Source: Takakia lepidozioides (lineage: Eukaryota; Plantae; Bryophyta). From it: a stretch of 64,000 bases of DNA. The stretch is from assembly GCA_030704615.1 (NCBI GenBank), contig CM060732.1, positions 72,664,001 through 72,728,000 on the forward strand, in the 5' to 3' direction. The position numbers and the translations under genes were made by a program. Of the stretch, positions 47,120 to 60,714 are shown piece by piece (positions within the stretch are counted from its first letter, which is position 1; each line of letters opens with the position of its first letter). A model generated the notes under the pieces. That model saw nothing but the letters and a program-made list of their open reading frames with translations. It searched no databases and had not been told where the DNA came from.

Positions 47120-50100
47120 CAGTAGAATCGGGTGGTAAATTTCGTGATAAGTTTGTTGATTTAGTACAAAACCTATGTCATGTTCTAGTGATGTATTTAT
47201 GAAATGAGCTTGAGACATGATGCAATGGAAATGATAAAACGAAACAAGCTGCCAATTGCGGAGATATTTTTCACCTTTTTAATTCTTTGTGTTGCTTCAA
47301 TTTATTCAATTTTATATTTTCAAAGAATAGTTTGAAGTTCGCGCGTAATTGATTTATCTACTTTCATTAAATATAATGTGCAATATCCAGCGGCTGCATA
47401 AGGATCTAGGATGAATTGTACATCACTGTTTGCTTGCCATAATGGTGGAGCATGTTTTCCAAATGTGTTGGTTCTAATGTCGATGGGATAACGTTGAAGA
47501 AAATAGTTGGTATTTTTTAATTTGCTCCGTAATGTTGTTATATATTTTTCTTCATCAACTTGTAATAAACAGCGAAATCCATCAAATGATATGTTTTGAC
47601 CTTTGTCCATTTTCTGTAATTTATTAAATAAAATTATAGTTCTTTTGTCAAGGTTATTTTGTTCTAAAGTAGTTGTGGTTAGTGAAGTTAAGATTTATGT
47701 TTTCCACATTGGTAATAGTGGATAATAAAATCTACAAACAGGTTGGTGTTTTTCCGACAAGTTTGTGTATGTCGATGCAATTGTGATTGACACATGTTTT
47801 CATTTAAAATGGTATAATTGCAACTAATATATTTATCTATAAAAGTTTTCATTTCTGAGTTTGTAGAGACATCATATATGAGCTTAAACCATGGTCATGT
47901 TCACGTCCACGACTTTGAATTTCAGTAACAAAAAAGTAATATGAAACTTGTCATATGAAACACGTTGTCATTCTTAATTAGATTTCGAAAAGAATACATG
48001 TTGAGATGATAATATCTAACACATGTAATAGGATCAGATCTACTGAGATCGATTATTGTTTTAGGCTCTAATTTATCAACACTTTCAATTGGTATTGATT
48101 TATTAGCTAATGTATAAAAAGTTATAATTAGGGGTTTCCATTTGCTTTTAGCACTTGTGAATGTAACAAAAAATTGTAGGCGGAGCAAGTTAACACATCA
48201 TTGCAAAAACTTGTTTTTGTAATTTTTGCAAATAATTTGGTGATATGCGTATTTGTTCTAGTTCTCTATATCATAAATCCGATTGTAAAATAACATCTAA
48301 ATTAGGTTTATTTTGAACTTGTTTTGCAGTAAGTTCACGTCACAAAAGAGTTCATGTTTTGCAATCGTTTGATATGTTTGTTTCTACAATAATTAAAATG
48401 GTCGTGGTTTACCCCAAAAAAAGAGTTGGAAAATTGTATTCTTCATTGTATTCATCCCCGAATAGTCCTAAAGTGGTGTAATTTTCACTATGAGAAATTA
48501 TATGTATGTTGTGAACATGATCAAATAATATTTATTCAGAGTCGACAAAATTTTAAATTAATGGATCTGTAGGGTTGTTCTCTTCTATTTTCTTCGAAAT
48601 TATCATTATGATATGATGATTGATTTGTTTTTGTGGAGTCATATTCATACCCGGCATTTCCATGCTCATCATTAATATAATTAGCTGGTGTGAATTGCCC
48701 GATTTTTATAATTGTTATATTGTTTTTTTTTTAATACAATGGAGTTTTATGGAGATCATGTAGCACTTTCGACATGACTGTATCTGGCTGAATGTAACAA
48801 TGATTATATTGTATTTTTTATCTAATTATAGCTATTGTTTCTTCGTCATTGGGGAACGTGGTAAAATACATTGCATCCTATCAATAGTAGCAGATACATT
48901 AATGATACTTCCATGTATTCCAAATTGCCTAACTTCATTTGGCTGATAAATTGTGCAAATGCTAATTGCGGAGCAACTAATTTCTTCTAAACCATTCAAG
49001 TTTATTACTGTAGTAATTATTTTAATATTGGTGATGTATTGGCGCATCACCACATTTGATTCTTCATCAAATTTATCTTTATCAATATCTTTTACATTCT
49101 TTACATAAATATTGAGTTTGAACATTTTTTGTGTCAAGAACATGCATAGAATTTTATAAATTGTTTTTAACATGCACTAGTGATTGTTACGATTTGGTAC
49201 CTAAACCACAATCGTTGACAAGCAAAACATTCATGTTTAGGTGTGTCTTCAATAAATATTTCGGGTAATTTTTTGTTTTGATTTTATTTTATGTTGATTC
49301 CGTAATACAACTATATTATGTCTAGAAACTTATTCCAAAATTAATATCAATTGATCTTGAGATGCTATAAATGTATCGGATATATTTTTTGTTGTTGGAT
49401 TGGGAACATATTTGATTATGTTCATTAGAAATTCATCTAATTGATTTGTCCAATGAAATATTTTGTGATTTTTTTTAATCGCGAAGATTGGTTTATTATT
49501 GTATCCATGGAATTCATATGTTGGTAAATTATTGTTGTGTGCATTTGTTTCACTCACATTAAAAATTAATGTGTAGTTTTGGCTGGTTTTTATGGATGAA
49601 GTGTCATTATTATTTCACGTTTTCTTAAAATTTGTAACTAACAGTGTACTTGTTTAGAATTATATCCATAAATAGTTTACCTATGTTATGAGCAGTTACA
49701 TTTACATTGTTTTGAGAAATTTCAAGAAGTTTAGTGTTTAATTTATTTGTCCATTGGAATCGTTTGTGTTTAACAAACAAATTTTTGTCTTGTATTTTCA
49801 ATTTTGTTAGAGATTTTAAGAAATTCGATGGTGTTTCATTTTTATTTTTTACAATTGTTCATTAATTGTATTTGTGTTTGAAGTTTTGTTTATACTTGAG
49901 TTCGTTGGTATGAAATGGTTTGTTATGATAGGTTCATAGTGACCCCTACGACTTTACCGATCTTCAAAAGCTAATTGTAAAATATCTATGTTGAATTCGC
50001 AAATATTGGTTTCATATTTGTTTTAGACCACAACCGAATCGGTCTTTGTAGGTACTCTGATATCCATAATATGGCTCCCCACAGACCTCCAATCGCTCCA

Positions 50101-50400
50101 ATCGCTGACATTGACATTTTTCCATTGTATTTATGTATATTTATGCACATTATGTAATGAATATACAAATTTAGGAGCAAATTGTCTCGATAGACATTCC
50201 AAAGCTTTGGTACTGCTTCTGATCAAGTCATTATTCAAATGATTCATGCTTTGTTGTCTTGAAGTTATTCCATAGGTTTATTTTATTGTATTCAAATTTA
50301 ATATGTGTGCAATGGCATAAAAAAGACAATCTCCCACAACGTATGCGTAATATTGCATTCTTTGATATCCTAATTTTGCGAGTTGAATGTCAAGGTTGTC
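47120..50400 (-). mobile_element. Degenerate Helitron2/Helentron-type Rep element with OTU domain
   Basis: AT-rich; GDCLFYAIA (about 50309-50335) ... WISEYLQRPI ... GHYEPI (about 49928-49945) indicate OTU; QFGIHGSIINV..LPR; FFVTFTSA..KW..L, DPITCVRYY; W.ANSDVQFILDPYAAA.Y..YL.K (Rep). Confidence 0.75.
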
Positions 50401-50487
50401 CATTAAGAAAGAAACGGAGGTGGTTGATGAATGAAAAGGCAGCCGCTGATGCGGGCCCGTCTTTGAGATGTTTGAGAGAGACCAGCA

Positions 50488-50766
50488 ATGGCAGGGGGGG
50501 CGCAGTCAACAGAGCAGGTGCGGCAGCTATTCCGAGCGCTGCTGAGGGAGGGTCACAAGTTCACCAACTACAATGTGCGGGAATACGTGAAGAGGAAGAC
50601 CATAGAAGGCTTCTAAGAACATCGCGGTGTGTCGGACCCCTATGCCGGAGCCACAGCTTTTGCTAGCGGGCGAAAGCAGCTGGAATTAGTTAAACGACAA
50701 GCGGTTGTCTATTCACTCTATGCTCAGCGGGTGAAGAGCATTATGGATGTGAAACTCAAGGGATGA
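50488..50766 (+). pseudogene. ISD11: LYR-motif protein ISD11/LYRM4-like, intronless, one premature stop
   Basis: Translated by hand: MAGGAQSTEQVRQLFRALLREGHKFTNYNVREYVKRKTIEGF*EHRG...KQLELVKRQAVVYSLYAQRVKSIMDVKLKG*; TAA at 50614-50616. Confidence 0.85.
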
Positions 50767-50769
50767 TAT

Positions 50770-52125
50770 CTCAATTGTATCATGGACCCCCTTGACAATT
50801 AAATTGACTACAATTAATATGTCATCCAATTTATATAATAATAATCTATAGATGCGTCTTGAATGTAATTTGATATATAGATGTATGTTGGATGTAATTA
50901 ATTGCAACCGCGTTTTGATCTATGACCCCCTATATAAAGATATATGAAGACTTTTGTGTGTGGGAGCCCGGAGAATGGGACAACGCATTGCATTGATTGT
51001 GACAGCCGGAAGATGTTCACTTTGAACAGTTAGCTTTAATTTAGATGAAACAATACAATAATATATGCTTGTTTTACCAAAAAAATTGTTTTCAAACATT
51101 ACTAATTATGACACCAAAATTTCAGAGGTCCGACAAAATTGCTAACATTACCATACCGACATTGGACCAAAACTTCAAAGGTCCGACAACATTGCTAATT
51201 GTGTGTTGACAATATTAATTTTGTGTGCCAAAGAGTTACCAACAGCTAGGTGTTATATAATTAATTACAAGAAGAACAATATAATATTCTAATAAACTGA
51301 AATTTACAGTGTATGTGCAGTTTGCTTGCTAAGTGTCCGATTCAATGAAATTTCAATTAAATGATCAAACTTGTCAATATTGATGCTTTGACTCGAACTA
51401 TAACATCAATCATGTTCTAATCTAAATTGTATCATGGACCCCCTTGACAATTAAATTGACTACAATGAATATGTCATCCAATTTATATAATGATAATCTA
51501 TACATGTATGTCGAATGTAATTTATAGATGTATGTTGGATGTAATTCATTACAACCGCGTGTTGACCTATGACCTCCTATATAAAGGCATATGAGGACTT
51601 TTGTGTGGGGGAGAATGAGACTACACATTGCATTAATTGTGAGAGCTAGAAGATGTTCACTTTGAACAGTTAGCTTTAATTTAGATGAAACAATACAATA
51701 ATTTATGCTTATTTTACCAATTTTTTGTTTTCACACATGGCTCGCCTATTGTACTAATTATGACACCAAAATTTCAGAGGTCCGACAACATTGCTAACAT
51801 TATCATATCGACATTGGACCAAACTTCAAAGGTCCAACAACATTGATAATTGTGTGTTGACAATATTAATTTTGTGTGCCAAAGAGTTACCAACAGCTAG
51901 GTATTAATAATTAATTACAAAGAAGAACAATATAATATTTTAATAAACTGAAATTTACAGTGTATGTGCAGTCTGCTTGCTAAGTGTCCGATTCAATGAA
52001 ATTTCAATTAAATGATCAAACTTGTCAATTATACTGACGCTTTGACTCGAACTATAACATCAATCATGTTATAAACATAATGATATCTAAATTGTATCAT
52101 GGACCCCCTTGACAATTAAATTGCA
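50770..52125. repeat. Tandem duplication, unit of about 660 bp (2 copies plus the start of a third)
   Basis: aattgtatcatggacccccttgacaattaaattg at about 50773, 51425 and 52090; interiors collinear. Confidence 0.88.
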
Positions 52126-52559
52126 GGAGAAAGACTCAACTCCTTGCAGACTTCGATAGATCTTGGGGTAAAGGGGGGGGGGGGGGTTCTTTTGCATGAG
52201 AATTGATGATGCTAAAATCTAGGAATGCTATTCCGTGAGCTTGGAGCTGTGAGCCTGTGAGCCCGTGAGCCCGTGAGCCCAGCACAGGCTCATGCCACGT
52301 CATCTTGCAATTAGGAACTTACAGGGCCTATTTCCATGGGAGGCGCCTAATTCCGCGGATGAAATTATCCAGGATTGCTAGGATGAAGTTCTGAGGAAGC
52401 CATTTGACTTGACACAAGCGAATGCACGTCACGCACGTATGTAGTTCCCACAGATGTACGCACCCGATCACCACTGACAATGAATCAGGAAATGAATACT
52501 GTCGTCAGGTTGCACAGAAAATGGACAATTGCATTAACCCTTTCCTGTCTGCTTCTATT

Positions 52560-52830
52560 TGCTATTTAAAGGCAGGGTATAACATGCCCTGAGTTCGAAT
52601 TTCAGTGTAGTGCGGAGAGTGGGTAGACCCCGGAGGTCATCCATGTCCTCCCCCATGTCACAGACTGGAAACAAGTTCAGGGAAGTTTCCCATACACTTC
52701 ATTGTCATCAGACGATTTTCGGCCATTAGACATGGCTTTGGACAGCAGAACCTCCAAAAAAGATCTATGCAGCAAGGTGAAGGCTTGAGGGGAAATATGC
52801 AGTCTCTTGAGAACCTGCTTTACTGCCTGG
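52560..52830 (-). mobile_element. LINE-B-related 3' ORF2 fragment
   Basis: ggaggtcatccatgtcctcccccatgtcacagactggaaacaagttcagggaagttt is close to the reverse complement of 22461-22521. Confidence 0.7.
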
Positions 52831-53167
52831 TGCACGGACAGGGCAATCCTAGTACGCTCACCCAAAAGTCAGGTGGAGTGGCATTGAGGCTTAGACACAT
52901 GAAAATCGCCCTTGGACACGTGAAATTTTATGACACATGAAATAGACTGATTGAATAGACCCAAAAAAATGATGATCGTCAATGATCATCACTTTTTTGG
53001 TTTTTTTTGTTTTGTTTCAAGAAAAAAAAAAAAAAAAAAAAATGATAATCGTCAACGATCATCACTTCTGCTCCGTTTTGGCAGGGGTGACGATCGTTGA
53101 CGATCATCATTTTTTGGGTTTTTTTTTAAGAGGAAAAACGAAAATCATTCAGCACTTCTGCTACATG

Positions 53168-53270
53168 GAGTTTAGGGTTTATGATTTAGGGTTAGGGTTA
53201 AGGTTAGGGTTTAGGATTTAGGATTAGGTTTGGGATTTAGGGTTTAGGTTTAATTTGGGATTTAGGGTTT
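53168..53270 (+). repeat. Interstitial degenerate telomere-like array (TTTAGGG/TTAGGG)
   Basis: tttagggtttatgatttagggttagggttaaggttagggtttagg... Confidence 0.75.
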
Positions 53271-54921
53271 GTTCCACTCCACCCCATACGCCGACTTATC
53301 ATATTTCAATTAGCTTAAGGTAGTAGATATATTCGCTAAAAATAAGTAGCTTCTCCCATGCGAGCCCACACAAGCGGATATAGGGTCGCTATATAGTCAT
53401 CCGCGGAAATACATTGTCTTTCTTAATTTTTTGAAGACCCATCCAGGCTTAGAATAATATATTATTGTTATTGTGGGCTCACGATTTCCCGGTCACTGCT
53501 CACTGCTCACGGCTTAACGTCCCTCTGCTAGATTCGAATGGTATGAAGACGTCCCTGCCTGCTGGCAGCGACATCAACAATAAAGCATCTCCACTGACAG
53601 GGGAGGAGAGGGAGGTCTCTGGAGGCACAAAAGGACCAATCGAAAGGGGAAATCTAAGACACAAATATCCATTGAGGCCCCCAAAAGGAAAAGAGACAGT
53701 GTGTAGATCCTAGAAGTTAGGATCTTATATGTTCTTTCTGCATTCTTGGCTCTCTTCAGGTTCACCCTTGGACTTGCAGTCACCTAAGTTGGGCTCACAT
53801 CAGTTTTTATTCTCATTTCTGGTGTGCTGGCTCTATTGTGGTGGACATTTGGTTTTACTCTAGAGCTGGTAGTTTCTTAAATATGCAGACTTGCTCTGGT
53901 GGAAAAGTGCCAGTGTAGCTGCATTCAGTCTTTTTTCCTGTTGTTCTTCCCTTTCCCTTAGGGCTGTTTTGGTTTGGAGTGGAACCTCGCTTCTCTGCCT
54001 CATGGCCATTGTAAGGTTATTTTTACCTTACCCCTCATTAAAAAAAAGTATGACGCCTCCCGAGGTAAAGTTTGTTTTAACGTAAGAAAATGTTAAAAAG
54101 TGTTGTGGTAGAGCACTGGGCATAAGTGGGAATACTTAAGATACCTAAGCAGGTATGTGTATAGATATTAGAGCATCCCCACCCTATACTGAACCTAGCA
54201 CGCCAACAGAACATGAGGGTCTGGTGGGCGGGAAACGTCCCCGATCCATGCACTGAACCCTATACCCTCCTCATCACCTCCTTCCAACTAACCCACTCAT
54301 ACTATTCTAGCCCGCTTACCTGTCCCATGAACATCCACCATTCGCCAGCCCCCACCCTAGAGACTGCATTTATGGGGCTTCTGGCTCTGCCACCAAACGC
54401 TCATGGTCTGGTAGAGGGCTGGCCCACCCGCCTCCTGGACTCCACACCCAGGAGGCACTACAATGGGCCCGCTTCGCGGCCCACGTTTCCCCAACATCAA
54501 CCACTATACTCGTACTCACCCACTAGCAATCACCTGACAACCCCCACCCCTTACTACAACTTCCACAAGGTACCACACTTCTAGCCGCCATAGAACCATG
54601 CCAGCCCCTATACTCAAAGAATCCACCCTTCCCTAAATATCTTAAGCATGATGAGCCCACCATTACTCTCCTCCTGCATATCCAACACGCATTCGCCCCT
54701 CCCGTCCCACATACACTACACGCCCACCTCGTCCACGCACTCAAGAGTACTCATGGCTTCAAGCTCACTGCCGACATTTCCCATATACCTCCACCCATAC
54801 CTCAAAATCCCATTACCCCTACATCTGGTCCACTCTCCAAAATCAACCTGGGCAAAACCTGGATTAAAGCACCTCCCCGCCCATCCCCTGCCCCCTCACC
54901 TACACCAGCCACCCCACCGCC

Positions 54922-55287
54922 ATGTCACCAACATATGCCCCTAAGTACCCACCGCTTCATTCCCACTATACCGATGGCTCCCACACAGGAACCAACCCCG
55001 GGTACGGCGTTTATCACGCGGCCTCGAACCAAGGCATAGCCGCTAGACTCCCCGGGCCTGCTACAATCCTCCGCGCTGAGCTTATGGCCATCTACGTGGC
55101 CATCTCCCAATTACCCTCATTTTCCCCTCCCTACCACATCTTCACGAACAGTCTCACATCACTTTTCCTTATACGTAACCACCTCTCTTGCCCCTCCTCA
55201 CACTACCACCACCCAGATCGCAACCTTATTGCAGCCATAGCCAGACTTGCAATAAACTTGGACCAACCCATCCACTTCCTGAAGTAA
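54922..55287 (+). mobile_element. Non-LTR retrotransposon RNase H domain fragment
   Basis: YTDGS..G.GVY...LPG..TILRAEL.AI..A....IFT(D>N)SLTSL..I; C-rich degenerate flanking sequence from about 54180. Confidence 0.75.
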
Positions 55288-56292
55288 GCAAGTGGAATGC
55301 AAGTAAGAGAGAAATACTTTAGAATCCTCCAAAAGTGCAATTTTTTTTTTTTTTTAATTTTTTTTCCACAGAACAAGGGGATTTAGCCCTGAAAATTTTA
55401 TTAATGAGGGGTAGACAACCAGCATAGTGGTAATGGGCACATACCACGTTGGATGTGGTTGTGGGTTCAAACCACGGTCTGGTGTGTCATGAAGGTGTAC
55501 ACCTTTTAGCTGGAAGGCAATAGCCCTTGTTGCCTGGGATGATCTGCCGCGGAGAGCCTCCGAGGTTGGTACTGCATATATAAAACGATATATAGATTCC
55601 AGAGTTTCCGTTTCTTCTGACAATATCCTACGTTCTTCAACATTCCAGTTTGTTCCATTCCATCACCGTTGTATTTCTGTATCCCGGATTCTTGGGCTGG
55701 AAAGAACCATTCTCAGTCTGGATATTAATTTTGCGAAACTATGTGATTTTTCAAGCTTTCCAGAGTGCGGTGTGAACTGGGAGTGGGCAGCTTGATCAAC
55801 ATATCTGTTCTCCATTTTACACTGGATTAGCGTGAAAGTAGACAGAACTGTGCCGCTACTTTACAATGCCGGGAGGATGTGTTCGGGCATAAAAGTGCTT
55901 TTATGCCCACACGTAGGAAAATCTTGTAGGGCGGATAAAGGTCCTGTCAATGGACAGACACCATGCCCCCATAGCGATACATGGAAGAACCAAGGTACCC
56001 TCATGCAGTAAGGGAACTCCATCTAGTATGCCAAACACAATCCATTTAAGAAAGATGGTGTTAGAAATGCCTACTCCCAATGTACTTCTAATTTCAAAGT
56101 TGTGGGTGATGCCTGACAAGTTGTTCATGCATCCCGAAACCAGCTCCTGTTCTTGGAGACATGGAAACTGCCATGCTGCAATGGCTGGAACAGTGTACCA
56201 ATTTGGGAGTCAGTGTTAATGTTGGTATCTTTGGGTTAGCTTCTATTCAGGAAGCACATGCTCAATTCATGCAGTGTTGTTCAAACATACAG

Positions 56293-56346
56293 AGGATTTA
56301 AGCAAGAGAGTATTTGTTGGAGGTCTGTCACCTTCTGTGGAGTCTG
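56293..56346 (+). pseudogene. Isolated RRM exon fragment
   Basis: tacag|..DLSKRVFVGGLSPSVES|gtaag; RNP2-like VFVGGL; no adjoining exons found. Confidence 0.5.
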
Positions 56347-56484
56347 GTAAGATCCATGCCTGACCACTTTACTGGTGTCACTCCTTGCATGTGCACCAAA
56401 TTTAATGTTGCCTTCATTATTCAGTTGGTTACATATTACATCTGTAGAGCTCCCAACATAAAGTAATATTTTTATTATTATAAT

Positions 56485-57210
56485 ATGCCACTACCCTCTC
56501 CCCCCACTAATCCCAACGACTCCAACGCCTTTATCATTGAAGCTATACTGGGGATCAAAACCCAAACTTCCACAGACTCATTTGGTGCGACTTGTCTAGA
56601 CACATACTATCTATGCAAATGGGCGGGTTTTTCAAATGAAGACAATAGCTGGCAAATTGAGGACGGCCTCTTTCGTTCGCATAATGACTGTGACCCTGAC
56701 CATAACCTAGCCCTCCTTATTGCCTTCCATAGACGTACCAATACCAACTACCTCACACACTCACACAAACAACATGTATCCCAAACCCAAACACACTGAC
56801 AATCGACATGTCTCTCGCCCGTTGTCTGCTGCCAACATCCTAATCGACATCACTGAATGTAACCCTGACAAAAACATCCTCCATGTCTCTCCCACCATAT
56901 GTGCCGGCCCTCAAATGTCCACTATTTACACTAACAACGCTTGCTTCCTCGGTCTCATTCCCAATGACAGGGTAGCTTGGTTGTGGGCCCGCTACTCCTC
57001 CCATACCCCCACCACCAATCAGTTACACCCACCTCGTCAAGACTTGCTACCGAAATATGCTGGCTCCTGGATAGATACCTCCGCGACACCCCCCCCAAAA
57101 AGCCTCGATCTCAAACCAAACTCTCCCAAGCATATACCCATAGTGTTCCCCAATACCATATACGATCTAAGAGCATCACCACCCTTGAGCCGAAAAACTC
57201 CCTATAACAC
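56485..57210 (+). mobile_element. Chromodomain-containing retroelement fragment
   Basis: FIIEAILG....YYLCKWAGFSNEDNSWQ (chromodomain), followed by frameshifted ITECNPDKNI...RVAWLW.RY. Confidence 0.6.
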
Positions 57211-58431
57211 CAAAGATAGTGTCATCGATTCAGTGCCTGATGGGTTCTATGGCGCGGTAGCCCGACTTGCGCACACCCTTGTCCCTGAATCGCCCACGCT
57301 ATCCCCGCGCACCTCGCCTCCCATTGGCTGGAAGGGGCGAGATCTCCGCCAAGATGTTGACATGCACGCGCTTGGTCACGTTGACTTGGATTCAGGGACG
57401 TATTCTGTGCGCAGAATACAGCGCTCGGGTTTAGTGCACGGAATGATATTCAGTGCGTCCACACATTCATCTTTACTAATGAAGGAAGTCAGTTTGTTTG
57501 TTTTGTTTTGTTTTGTTTTGTAGTGTTCACTACAAGAGATGAGCGTTTTTAGGACTACGGATTTGGCGGAGTCATAAAAACGGCACTAGGTGTACGACTA
57601 CAGAGCGCTGAAATGCGTTGCAGTCATAGTTTTACCACTTTGTAGTAATGGATATCACTACATGACTCCGGAAAGTTAGGGAGCATTGGTCAAACATTGT
57701 TGACCATGATGACAGGGATGGTTTTATGACTAGTGTGATATCTTTGACTACACGTGGACGACGTTTCATGGAATCTTGTGACTCCATGACTGAAGATGGT
57801 TTTACAGCTCTATTTATACGACTACATCCCTACACGTGTCATTTTGAAAGTACATACATGAATGTATTCATCCATTTGATAAGTTTATCCATCGATGACA
57901 TGACATGTAAACTTATGAGTCCCTTACTGCAAATTGTTTCATAACTCTATATATATGACTACATCATTACACGTGTCATTTAAAAGGCACATACATTAAT
58001 GAATTCATCCAATGGATGGGTTCATCCCTCCGCCTATACGGTGTGTCGATTTGATATCTGTTCAATAAATTGGACCTGGATGGACGTGGCTTAACAAGCA
58101 TCGCAAGATATATGAGATTAAAATACGCAATGGTCATGGTTGTACAAGGCTAGATCATGTGATGGAAATTATTTTGAATCGTTAGATTTTACAGGATCTA
58201 ACGGTCTAGATTATTTAAGATCTAACGGTCTAGATTGTATAAGATCTAACGGTTTAAGATTACACCGCCGAACTTTACATCGGGCTGGGACTTAAGCTTT
58301 TTTGTCTCCTGCGTTTCACCATCTATTTGATGTTGTGTCATGTATGCAAGGGCGTGGGATGGAGGCTTTGCAGATCTTCCTACTCTTGAGAAAATGATGC
58401 AGGAAGGAGAAGAGGAGGAGGAGAGGAGACG

Positions 58432-59037
58432 ATGCGTTGGCTATCTGACCAGGCTGGTGTGCTGAGCTGTGGGCTGGTGGAGCGAGTCAACACGGTCATT
58501 GATGTACTGCGCTACCACACGGGGATAGAGGTGACTGTGGTCACTGTGGAGGCACTTGGCCATCCTGCTGTCTCCTCTGTAGTGTTTGTGGGGAAGTTTT
58601 ATAGTTACTGGAACATGGACAAGAAAGCCAGCAGTAACAGCCTGTTGTTGCTCCTAGTGCTCTCAGATAAGAAGCTGGAGGTGGAGATAGATTGGACTCT
58701 TGAGACAACTTTGGATAGGGATAGGGTGTGGGGTTCGCAAGGGTCATTGCTGCCAGCAGTGCTGAGAAGGAGGATTGGGCCTCTACTTGGCAAAGGCGAG
58801 TGTGAAAAGGGTATTGCAATTGCTGTGGAGACAGTGGCAGAAAGGGTGTGGGACGCAGCTGGTCTTCCTAGTGCACAGGAGGGGCTCTGGTGGCAGAGAG
58901 TGAGTCTGCTGGATATGGTTTGGATTAGTGTGCCAATAATCCTTTCGAGTGGCAACATGCATCATACTGCACCTTCTGGGCACGCAGATGGACCTTCAAA
59001 TGCAAGTTTGACGCCTGGTGACAGCTTTTCTGTGTGA
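58432..59037 (+). CDS. TPM (TLP18.3/Psb32/MOLO-1)-domain fragment captured in the CACTA element
   Basis: WLSDQAGVLS...N..I..L...TGIEVTVVTV.....W...K....N.LLLLLV..DKK.E.E...LE..L......I.P.L..G...KGI..AV; probably degenerate. Confidence 0.6.
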   Translation: MRWLSDQAGVLSCGLVERVNTVIDVLRYHTGIEVTVVTVEALGHPAVSSVVFVGKFYSYWNMDKKASSNSLLLLLVLSDKKLEVEIDWTLETTLDRDRVWGSQGSLLPAVLRRRIGPLLGKGECEKGIAIAVETVAERVWDAAGLPSAQEGLWWQRVSLLDMVWISVPIILSSGNMHHTAPSGHADGPSNASLTPGDSFSV

Positions 59038-60106
59038 CATTTGACGGAGTGGAGGGAGCACAGGCTCTGCAGCTGATGCTCAACCGGTGCCATGAGGAAA
59101 GGCACTGATGTAAGTCTTCAGGTTTTGAATAAGAAAGTTCCAGCAGCGTGTAGGATAGAAAGTTTGTCAAATTCCTCCTTAGGATTGGTTGCAGAAGACC
59201 TATCCGAGGGTTCAACACAGTCTTGCTACCAAAAGGTACTGACATGTAGTGCACGTATGGCTATTACTTCACCTGGGTAGAGTAAGGACACCAATATCCT
59301 CCCAGTAACTTAGGCTGTGAGGCTACTTTATACATAATCACCACAAGGCACTACCATGAAGTACAAATTGTATTCTGCCATCAACCAATTGGACGACATG
59401 CTTGAGTTTGCGACATCTGCCTCTTGCAGCCATTCAAACTCAGTTTCAAGTATCATCACACAGGCTAGGACAGTTTTGAGTGCACAATCAGCTAAACCTT
59501 CTGTCTAACTTGCCAAGTAACTTGTGGCAGTGTGGTGGTGGCAGCCAATGGAATACATGCTTGGGTTTGTGATATATGACACCTGCAGCCATTCAGACAC
59601 AGTTAATGCATCGTCACACAGGTTAGGAAAGAAAGTTTTGAGTGCAAAATTGGTCAATCTGCCTGTTAGCGTAGCTTTTCAAGTGAGAATGGTCTCAATG
59701 ACTCACTTGAGCATGTATGACCCCTAAGCTTTTCTGTTTACTCGGGCACACTTAACCAGACTCAACCTTATTGCCTCAACCTCCTCATTGTGTGTTGCTC
59801 ATAGCAGGGCTCCCAAGGACGGTCTCATTGCTCAATTCGAACTGTGTAACATCTTTGCACATTATATCAGAGTACAACACATGGAGTCTTTTGGCATTTT
59901 CCTGTTGATCTGTAGACAACAATGGACAACACCAATGTATATGTGTACATTCCAGCATCCTCACGTGATTCTGTGCATTCCTCCACCATCATGGTAAGCT
60001 TCTTTTCAGTCTTTTCAGTCTGTTAGTTCTGGCAGATTTCTTGTAGCTATTGATCCACAGGGAATCAGAACTAATATTGTGTTTGAAATTCGGCCCTCTT
60101 GGATGA

Positions 60107-60385
<279 letters not shown>

Positions 60386-60714
60386 TAACCTGGTGGTGAG
60401 GACACAGAGGCTTATCTAGGGCCTGATTTTAATTCTACCGAGACATGTTGTATGTTGTCATTTGCAGTCAACCTGGCTGCAATGCAGTTCACCTGATCAA
60501 CTATCAGCATGCCAACGGGGTGTTGGATGGCTAGTTTTGTAGTGACGAGAAAATGGTCTGCTAATAAAGGCACCTTTTTCAACACATTTCACCCTGTTTT
60601 TCCCTCTTATCAGAATCGGCCCTAAATTTTCATGTTGAATTCTGCAAGTTAGTTGGTTGAGTGAACCTGGGATAGTTTGGAGTGACTTTGACATGATACT
60701 GCCAATGTGACAAC

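Larger units (their letters stand above)
52220..53525. mobile_element. Putative non-autonomous TIR element with GTGAGC(C) subterminal repeats
   Basis: Imperfect TIR aggaatgctattccgtgagc vs agggacgttaagccgtgagc; possible degenerate 10-bp TSD tgctaaaatc / tgctagattc. Confidence 0.4.

Noticed and set aside
50614-50616. ISD11 stop codon repaired by U-to-C RNA editing
   Set aside because: Such editing is organellar; this is nuclear TE-embedded DNA, so a C>T mutation is the simpler explanation.
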